Assembly (NCBI GenBank): GCA_020725175.1
Contig: DYFM01000001.1
Span: forward strand, 65,504 to 129,503
DNA length: 64,000 bases
From: Candidatus Paceibacter sp.
GTDB lineage: Bacteria; Patescibacteriota; Patescibacteriia; Magasanikbacterales; UBA922
Reading direction: 5' to 3'
Under the pieces are notes generated by a model. That model had not been told where the DNA came from, ran no database searches, and saw only the letters and a list, made by a program, of their open reading frames with translations. Shown here piece after piece: positions 57,038 to 64,000 of this stretch. Every line of letters starts with the position of its first letter. Position 1 is the stretch's first letter. The translations under genes were made by a program, and so were the position numbers.

Positions 57038-57156
57038 AGTCATAAGTTTAAAGTTATTGGTTTGCTTGATTTTTCTTCTTTCATAAGGTAGTCTACAGTC
57101 ACAATTGGTCAATTGTCGACTTTAGACTTTTGACGTATGACTTTAGACTAAAAATC

Positions 57157-58983
57157 ATGTCCGATACTCAACTCATCAAAGATAAGCTCGATATCGTCGA
57201 CTTTATTGGCGAATACGTGCAGCTCAAACCGGGTGGTATCAACCACAAGGGTCTTTGTCCGTTTCATCGGGAAAAGAGTCCATCTTTTATGGTAAATCGA
57301 GAACGGCAGAGTTGGAAGTGTTTTGGGTGCGGTAAGGGGGGTGATATATTTTCCTTTGTACAAGAAATGGAAGGTATGGAATTTGTAGAAGCATTGAAAT
57401 ATCTTGCCAACCGTGCCGGCGTCATGTTGACGAATACTCGTTCGGAAGTGAACAGTAGTCAAAAAAATCGAATCAAAGATATCAATGTGCTGGCGGCTCG
57501 ATTGTACCATCATATTCTTCTTAAAACTTCGGCTGGAAAACCGGCGTTAGCGTATCTTGAACGGCGAGGGGTTACTCGTCAGACGATTGAAGAATGGCAA
57601 ATTGGTTTTGTTCCGGATCAGTGGGATGTGCTGACAAAATTTCTTCTTAAAAAAGGACACAGTATTGATGATATTGTTGCTGCCGGACTAACTATCATGC
57701 GAGATGGAGCGGATCAACGTACCGGTCGCGGATTTTATGATCGGTTTCGCGGACGTATTATGTTTCCAATTTCTGATATTCATGGTAATGTGGTTGGGTT
57801 TACCGGTCGAGTGTTGGTGGAAACCGAACAATCCGGTGGAAAATACGTCAACACACCCCAAACGCTTGTTTATGATAAATCTCGCGTGGTATTTGCGCTT
57901 GATAAGGCAAAACAAGAAATTCGTACCAAAGGGTTCGTAGTAATGGTTGAAGGGCAGATGGATGTCATAGCGTGTCATCAGGCCGGTATGAAGCAGGTGG
58001 TAGCGACGAGCGGTACTGCCATGACCGACGAACAGATCAAACTTCTCAAACGCTACGCCAACGAACTTCGTATTGCTTTTGACGCAGATTCGGCTGGAGA
58101 GTCAGCGGCAAAGCGGGGGATACATGTGGCCATCAAACAAGGTATGGGTGTCAGGGTGATACAAATTCCGGCTGGCAAAGGAAAGGACCCGGATGAATGT
58201 TTGAAACAAAATCCGGAAGTGTGGTTTACGGCAGTAGAACAGGCGCGAGACATTATGGAGTGGTACTTTGAGCGCGCGCTACTCAATGGAGATTTGTCAG
58301 ACCCGAAACAAAAACAGCAGGTGGCCGATGTGCTTATGGCAGATATCGCGCTTATTCCCTATGCTATAGAGCGAGACCATTGGCTGGGAAAACTGTCCGA
58401 AGCAATTCGTGTTGATATAGGAGTATTGCGAGAGGATATTCGGCGTTTTGTGGGGAAACCCTCAGCTTCTTCTGGAGCTCAAGGAAAACAAGGTGGTATT
58501 GAAAATGTTGTTTCGGAAACAAGTTCAAACAAGAAAGCGTTTGTACCGCAGGGAAAAGTGGAAAGCCTGCTTGAACGGTTGTTTATGTTACTTCTTCGAC
58601 ACCCTTCTGAACTACCCAAAGTTTGGTCACAGGTACAGGCGCTTGAACCGGCAGTGTGTACAACTTCCTTTCAGGGTCTTTACGAATTGATAAAAATGCA
58701 GTATACTACCAATAATTCATTTTCTATTGATCACATCCGTGAATCAATATCAGAAGACAATTCAATCGATTTTCTTGACCACTTACTCATGAAGAGTGAG
58801 CTGGATTTTTTTTCTATTTCAGAAAAAGAAGTGCCACAAGAACTTGAGCGTATTATCGGTCTTATTGGGACCGAATGGAAAAAAGAGCGTCGAACTGTGC
58901 TGCAGCAAGCAATTGAGGCAGCCGAACGCTCGGGTGACAAAGATCGCCTTCAACTTCTTCTCGCTGAGTTTCAGGCACTGTGA
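57157..58983 (+). CDS. dnaG: DNA primase
   Basis: CPFHREKSPS..CFGC, DRFRGRIMFP, KYVNTP, VEGQMDV, FDADSAG. Confidence 0.98.
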   Translation: MSDTQLIKDKLDIVDFIGEYVQLKPGGINHKGLCPFHREKSPSFMVNRERQSWKCFGCGKGGDIFSFVQEMEGMEFVEALKYLANRAGVMLTNTRSEVNSSQKNRIKDINVLAARLYHHILLKTSAGKPALAYLERRGVTRQTIEEWQIGFVPDQWDVLTKFLLKKGHSIDDIVAAGLTIMRDGADQRTGRGFYDRFRGRIMFPISDIHGNVVGFTGRVLVETEQSGGKYVNTPQTLVYDKSRVVFALDKAKQEIRTKGFVVMVEGQMDVIACHQAGMKQVVATSGTAMTDEQIKLLKRYANELRIAFDADSAGESAAKRGIHVAIKQGMGVRVIQIPAGKGKDPDECLKQNPEVWFTAVEQARDIMEWYFERALLNGDLSDPKQKQQVADVLMADIALIPYAIERDHWLGKLSEAIRVDIGVLREDIRRFVGKPSASSGAQGKQGGIENVVSETSSNKKAFVPQGKVESLLERLFMLLLRHPSELPKVWSQVQALEPAVCTTSFQGLYELIKMQYTTNNSFSIDHIRESISEDNSIDFLDHLLMKSELDFFSISEKEVPQELERIIGLIGTEWKKERRTVLQQAIEAAERSGDKDRLQLLLAEFQAL

Positions 58984-59199
58984 TATGTAGTACCGTGTTT
59001 CCCTGTGCGGTACAACATGCTCAATACACAATGAGCTGGTTTGAGATAGGGGATGATAGTTGAAAAACAGGTGAAAGTTGATGTTTCAAAGAGGAATTGG
59101 AATTTGTACGTTCTATTTTCCGGCTTATACTGACCCGTTCATTGATAAAGAGTATTTGCACAGGTATTGTAACTCATACAATTATTTACTTATTTTTCT

Positions 59200-60537
59200 A
59201 TGCCACCAAAAAAAACTCTCGTAAAAAAGAAACCTACTTCATCTCGCGTGGCAAAAGCAACTTCCAAAACAGCTCGCTTAGTCAAGAAATCTCCGAAAAC
59301 AAAAAAACCGGTTTCATCCAGAGTGAAAAAGCAAGAACGTTCTAAAAAAAGAGCGACTTTTAAATCTTCTGTGAAACGGGCACCAAAAAAAGTGGTACCA
59401 CCTCCGCCAATTTCTGCAGCTGAACTGCCGACAGAACCAATGGTCGAGGAGATCTGGAAGTTGATTGATAAAGGCAGAAATAGAGGTTTTCTGACTGAAA
59501 CCGAAGTTTTGCGCATTTTTGATCGATTTGAACATTACCTTGACTTATTTGAAGGGTTTTTGGATGCCCTGGATAAAAATAGTGTGGCCATTGTAGAAGC
59601 TGGTAGCGGTGGATTGCTGGGTGGACCGCCACAGGCACAGCAAAAAGCCATCCTTCAACAGTTTCAGGGAAGTCAGCCCGATACCGAGGGAGCGTTTGAT
59701 CTTGGATCTATTTCTCAGGATTCTATCCAAATGTACTTGCGAGAAATTGGTAAGATTCCATTATTAACGGCGGAAGAAGAAATATCTCTTGCCAAAGCCA
59801 AAGAAAAAGGTGATAAAGCGGCCGAGAGAAAAATGATTGAAGCAAATCTCCGTTTGGTAGTTTCAATTGCAAAAAAGTTTGTTGGAAAACAATTATCACT
59901 TCTTGACCTCATTCAAGAAGGAAATATCGGTCTTTTTCGGGCGGTCAAAAAATTTGATTACCGAAAAGGGTATAAGTTTTCTACCTACGCAACATGGTGG
60001 ATTCGGCAAGCAGTGACGCGTGCGTTGGCAGATCAGTCGCGTACGATTCGTATTCCGGTTCATATGGTGGAAACCATCAACCGGTTTCAGCAAGTATCAC
60101 GACGACTGCTGCAAGATTTGGGTCGAGATCCGACGCCAGAAGAATTGGCGGCCGAAATGGGAGAGGAGCTTGATAAAATCAAACAAATTATCAAGATTTC
60201 TCAAGATACGGTATCACTTGAAACTTCAGTGGGTGATAGTGATGATGACGATACCTCATTGTCAGACTTCATTGAGGATGTGAAAAATGCTAGTCCGTCT
60301 CATGTAGCCGGTGTGCAACTGCTTAAAGATTACATTTCAGAAGCGATTGAAAGTTTGTCGCCGCGTGAACAAAAGATTCTTGAAATGCGGTTTGGTCTTC
60401 GTGATGGGGTAACACATACGCTCGAAGAAGTGGGGCGTGAGTTTGATGTGACTCGTGAACGTATTCGACAAATTGAAGCCAAGGCGCTGGAAAAAATTCA
60501 GACGTTTGACATTGTGTCAAAGTTGCGAGATTATTAA
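59200..60537 (+). CDS. rpoD: RNA polymerase primary sigma factor
   Basis: [40 protein letters not shown]; follows dnaG. Confidence 0.97.
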   Translation: MPPKKTLVKKKPTSSRVAKATSKTARLVKKSPKTKKPVSSRVKKQERSKKRATFKSSVKRAPKKVVPPPPISAAELPTEPMVEEIWKLIDKGRNRGFLTETEVLRIFDRFEHYLDLFEGFLDALDKNSVAIVEAGSGGLLGGPPQAQQKAILQQFQGSQPDTEGAFDLGSISQDSIQMYLREIGKIPLLTAEEEISLAKAKEKGDKAAERKMIEANLRLVVSIAKKFVGKQLSLLDLIQEGNIGLFRAVKKFDYRKGYKFSTYATWWIRQAVTRALADQSRTIRIPVHMVETINRFQQVSRRLLQDLGRDPTPEELAAEMGEELDKIKQIIKISQDTVSLETSVGDSDDDDTSLSDFIEDVKNASPSHVAGVQLLKDYISEAIESLSPREQKILEMRFGLRDGVTHTLEEVGREFDVTRERIRQIEAKALEKIQTFDIVSKLRDY

Positions 60538-60596
60538 GATTCAGGGGTCAGTGAACAGTGACCAGTGATCAGTGGGTTAAAACTATTTTTCATACG

Positions 60597-60626
60597 AAAA
60601 AGAACTGTATTCCTACAGTTCTTTTT
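60597..60626 (+). terminator. Terminator after rpoD
   Basis: AAAAAGAACTGTA-ttcc-TACAGTTCTTTTT. Confidence 0.75.
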
Positions 60627-60652
60627 ATATTTCATCTTCTGTTTCCATTTGT

Positions 60653-61690
60653 GGGTTAATAGAACTTTTGGTGGGGCTAAATATCAATTAATATGGCATA
60701 ATATACAGTAAAAAACTAATACAACTATATATGCCTCATAAAAAAATGTCCCAAATGCGGTACATCTGGTGTAAAGAAGAACGGAATAAGAAGAGGGGTT
60801 CAGACATACAGATGTTCTCATTGTGGTTTTAAGTTTCAAAATAAAAGAAGAAAACAAAAAATACAAAGCAGTATACTCAAGCAGTATATATGGCAACGAC
60901 AGACATACTCAGATTTAGCTACAACGTATCAGAAAAGCACTCGTTGGGTACAAAATACCATTGACAATTACCAAACAAAACAAATTGTTCGTATTACTCT
61001 CCAACCAATTGTACTTGTCGCTGATGCTTCATTTTTCACCAGAACCGATGGTATTCTCGTATTCCGTGAACCTATCCGAAAAAAGAATATTTGGTGGCAA
61101 GAAATGACTCATGAAACGATTGAACTGTACCGAAAAGGAAAAGAATATATTGAACAACATGGGTTTGTCATTACAGCTGTCGTGTTAGATGGAAAACCGG
61201 GGGTACGAAGGGTGTTTGGTGATATACCCGTGCAAATGTGTCACTTTCACCAAAGACAGATCATTAATCGTTATCTGACCACAAAACCAAAGTTATTGGC
61301 CAGTAAAGAATTACGGAAGATCGTTTCCACGCTCACCAAAACAAATGAAACTACTATTACAAACTCACTGAGTGGTTGGTATGAAACATGGAGAGATTTT
61401 CTAAACGAAAAAACTATCCACCCAGAAACAGGAAGGTGGTACTACACTCACAAACGAGTAAGGTCTGCTTATCGAAGCTTACGGAACAATCTACCATTCT
61501 TATTCACCTATGAACAATATCCACACCTACACATTCCAAACACAACCAACTCCTTGGATGGTTTTTTCAACCGGTTGGAGAGTTTACTAAATGTTCATCG
61601 AGGAATGAATCGAAAAAGAAGAAGGAAAATTATGATAGAAATTTTGAAAGGAAAAGGGTAAAATAGCCCCACCAAAAGTTCTATTAACCC
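60653..61690 (+). mobile_element. Complete 1038-bp insertion sequence (IS256-like, Zn-finger variant)
   Basis: Perfect 27-bp terminal IRs GGGTTAATAGAACTTTTGGTGGGGCTA; 8-bp TSD CCATTTGT at 60645-60652 and 61691-61698. Confidence 0.95.
60731..61661 (+). CDS. DDE transposase with N-terminal Zn finger; ATG out of frame at an A7 run
   Basis: Frame from 60747 is open to 61661: CPKCG..KKNG..CSHC, VADAS, VLDG, QMCHFHQ, PNTTNSLDG. Confidence 0.85.
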
Positions 61691-61787
61691 CCATTTGTTG
61701 TATATCTGCTAACATCTGCTGTTCCAACTCACATTATTTTGAAGCAGTAGATGTAGTGGATCGAAACGGATGGGAGGAACATGTGTA

Positions 61788-62375
61788 CTATTTCAGCAAA
61801 CTACCAACGTGTTCCCAATTCACCACTCCCCAAAACGCATCAATATACTTTGCTCGATCATTGCGATAGTCTATGTAATAGGCGTGTTCCCAAACGTCGA
61901 GGGTCAAGAGGGCGGTTTTACCTTCGGTCATGGGTGTGCCGGCATTTGGAAGGGGGAGAATTTCCAATTTTCCTTCAGGGGTTTGTACAAGCCATACCCA
62001 GCCGGAGCCAAAGAGTTTTGTTGAGTAGTCGGTAAACTGTTTTTTGAACTCTTCAACCGATCCAAAATCTCGTTCAATTGCTTCTCGTACACGTTCGGTA
62101 GGTTCTGCTCCACCTTCCGCAGAAAGAATGTCCCAAAAAAACGTATGGTTCCAGTGCTGGGCGGCGTTGTTGAACACACCTAGGTTTTGTTCTTTGTGAG
62201 AATCGAGGATAACCGTCTCAAGATCTTTTTCAGCGTATTTTGTGTTTTCAATCGCGGCGTTAAGTTTGTTGACATACGCGGCATGATGTTTTCCGTGATG
62301 AAAGTCAAATGTCTCCGCGCTACAAAATTGCGGCATGGAATCTTTGGGAAAAGGAAGGTCGGGAAGAAAAAACAT
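61788..62375 (-). CDS. sodB: Fe/Mn superoxide dismutase (Fe-type residues)
   Basis: HHGKHH, FNNAAQHWNH, FGSGW, DVWEHAYY. Confidence 0.95.
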   Translation of the reverse strand: MFFLPDLPFPKDSMPQFCSAETFDFHHGKHHAAYVNKLNAAIENTKYAEKDLETVILDSHKEQNLGVFNNAAQHWNHTFFWDILSAEGGAEPTERVREAIERDFGSVEEFKKQFTDYSTKLFGSGWVWLVQTPEGKLEILPLPNAGTPMTEGKTALLTLDVWEHAYYIDYRNDRAKYIDAFWGVVNWEHVGSLLK

Positions 62376-62520
62376 ATGAGTAAGAATTAAAAATAGATTG
62401 GAGGCAATTTCTTTTTTCTGTAAATATGCAATATTGTATACATCGAAATAAGGAAATAAAGAAATAACGAAACAGATTTTTTGTCATATTTCGTTATTTC
62501 GAATTTCGTTATTTCGGGGT

Positions 62521-63135
62521 TTAGATCTTTCCTACCAAATCTACTCCCGGGGTTAAGGTGTCACTGCCTGGTTTCCATTTCGCCGGACACACTTGCCCGT
62601 GATGTTCAGCGACAAATTGAGCGGCTTGTAGCTTTCGAAGCGTTTCTTCGGCACTGCGACCAATGTTGTTGTCATGAATTTCCACGGTTTTTACTTTTCC
62701 TTCCGGATCAATGATAAAGGTACCGCGCAGTGATAGCCCTTCGTCTTCAATGTAGGTGCCGTACAGGTGGCAGAGAGTACCTGTTGGGTCTGCGGCCATC
62801 GGGAAGTTTACTTTTTTGATCGCCGGAGAGTTGTCATGCCATGCTTTGTGAACAAAAGCGGTATCTGTGCTGACAGAAAGTACTTCACAATTTAATTCTT
62901 GAAACTTTGGATATAGTTCTGCCATTTCTTCCAGCTCTGTCGGGCAGACAAAGGTAAAATCGGCCGGATAGAAGAAAAGAATAAGCCATTTTCCTTCATA
63001 ATCGGAAAGCTTTTTCTTTTCGATGTTGTTGTTGTGGTACACGTCAAATTCCCAGTCTGGAGTGCGTTTGTTGATAATGTTTCCCGGGAGTACGGAGTCA
63101 TGACCGTGATCATGCATATGTTCATGGTTTTGCAT
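62521..63135 (-). CDS. ahpC: 2-Cys peroxiredoxin AhpC with His-rich N-terminus
   Basis: FYPADFTFVCPTE, GRSAEE, VCPAKW; promoter TTGACG-N17-TATACT at 63198-63226 (minus). Confidence 0.96.
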   Translation of the reverse strand: MQNHEHMHDHGHDSVLPGNIINKRTPDWEFDVYHNNNIEKKKLSDYEGKWLILFFYPADFTFVCPTELEEMAELYPKFQELNCEVLSVSTDTAFVHKAWHDNSPAIKKVNFPMAADPTGTLCHLYGTYIEDEGLSLRGTFIIDPEGKVKTVEIHDNNIGRSAEETLRKLQAAQFVAEHHGQVCPAKWKPGSDTLTPGVDLVGKI

Positions 63136-63312
63136 ATTGTTTACTATACAGTATAAATAAGTAAATAGTATCACTCTTGAGGAGTGATTGATAAGGTAGT
63201 ATAAAAAATCCGCTTGATTTCGTCAAGTTGTGGAAAAGAAAGCGAAGAGGGGTGTTCTCCTGAATAGTCAATGTCTCAACTACCGAGGGGAATGGACGAC
63301 CGGGAGGTGGGG

Positions 63313-63489
63313 TTAGTGGCGGTCGTCGTCTATGAGGTGGGGGGAAAGAATGATGAAGAGTAATACAAAAGTTGCGAGGAAAACGTCCTCGCGGGCGGGA
63401 CTCTCCCCCCTGATTACCTTGCAGATCAACCATCCTATTAGTACTAGGATGGCCACGATCGCGAGGGCGATCGCAAGCCTGTTTCTCAT
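63313..63489 (-). CDS. Unannotated 58-aa two-TM small protein
   Basis: SD GGAGGTG before ATG; MRNRLAIALAIVAILVLIGWLICKVIRGESPAREDVFLATFVLLFIILSPHLIDDDRH*. Confidence 0.65.
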   Translation of the reverse strand: MRNRLAIALAIVAILVLIGWLICKVIRGESPAREDVFLATFVLLFIILSPHLIDDDRH

Positions 63490-63693
63490 CAAACACCTCC
63501 GTCCGCCGTGTTTGACACCAGACCACGCTTTTACGGGAACTTCCCGTTAAACGTAGAGCCTGTGCCGGTGGGCGAACGGGTGATACTAGCAAAGAGAGAG
63601 TTGTCAAGGGAAACAGAAAACGGTATACTGTGGGTAGTTGTGTTAGCTTTGGGAATGGAGAAGAAGGTGAATTGTTTAGAATAATCATGTTAT

Positions 63694-64000
63694 ATGACAG
63701 AAACCATACACAAAGGAAAAATTTTTGCCGATACCAGTAGTCTGGAAGAGATTGCTGAGATCAAAGCATTGCTTGGTTATCTTGATGGTGTCACAACAAA
63801 TCCAAGTAATTTCGTAAAAACATTGATGGACGGAACGGAACGAGTGTATGATCAAGATGAACTTTTGGAATTATATAAAAAACGTATTCAGGAGATTCGA
63901 AGCATTCTTCCAACTGGCTCTATTTCCGTTGAGGTCTATGCGGATCATAAAACCTCGGCAGAAGAAATGATTGTGCAAGCAGAAGAAATGAATACCTGGA
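63694..64000 (+). CDS. tal: Transaldolase / fructose-6-phosphate aldolase family (partial)
   Basis: Manual translation MTETIHKGKIFADTSSLEEI..LDGVTTNPS..GSISVEV; runs off the window. Confidence 0.88.
   Translation, partial: MTETIHKGKIFADTSSLEEIAEIKALLGYLDGVTTNPSNFVKTLMDGTERVYDQDELLELYKKRIQEIRSILPTGSISVEVYADHKTSAEEMIVQAEEMNTW

Noticed and set aside
63370-63630. RNase P RNA (GAGGAAAACGTCC and AACAGAAAACGG resemble its terminal motifs)
   Set aside because: Internal conserved blocks (AGTGCNACAGA, GGTAAGAG, GGTAAAC, GAGCAA) are absent; a minus-strand SD plus ORF explains the region better.
63122-63688. 188-aa minus-strand ORF from the track
   Set aside because: Pro/Arg-rich shadow of GC-rich DNA that spans the ahpC promoter.
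1-64000. Alternative genetic code (UGA = Gly, as in Gracilibacteria and Absconditabacteria)
   Set aside because: Conserved genes are full length under code 11, and several (mreB, rsmH, dnaE, dnaG) end at TGA.

Overview
A 64 kb chromosomal window from a reduced-genome bacterium using genetic code 11. It is most consistent with Patescibacteria/CPR (inference from DUF4012, the membrane-anchored Clp ATPase, the split dcw cluster, isolated metabolic enzymes and host genes that mostly lack Shine-Dalgarno motifs). The backbone is housekeeping: htpX, lemA, rseP, pheS/pheT, archaeal-type ppcA, dnaE, tsaD/tsaB, rplJ/rplL, mreB, mutM, mraZ-rsmH-ftsL, a glycosyltransferase cluster, ribH, dnaG-rpoD, sod, ahpC and a transaldolase. 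It also holds two tRNAs (Glu-TTC, Thr-GGT), two IS elements (an IS200-like tnpA abutting tRNA-Glu, and a 1038-bp element with 27-bp IRs and an 8-bp TSD) and several AT-rich orphan genes. The signals not explained by these features are: (i) two diverged copies of a ~120-135 nt structured non-coding element (35178-35312, 46901-47019) that end like the IS200 right end; (ii) two GC-rich, hairpin-dense small membrane-protein genes below the ORF-track cutoff (50662-50841, 63313-63489), both with strong SD sequences; (iii) pervasive 7-9 nt tandem repeats, often as inverted arms, in intergenic DNA and inside pheT, tsaD and an ATP-grasp gene without breaking frame. No CRISPR array, rRNA, prophage or recognisable defence system was seen. 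All calls come from motif recognition by eye; no searches were run.
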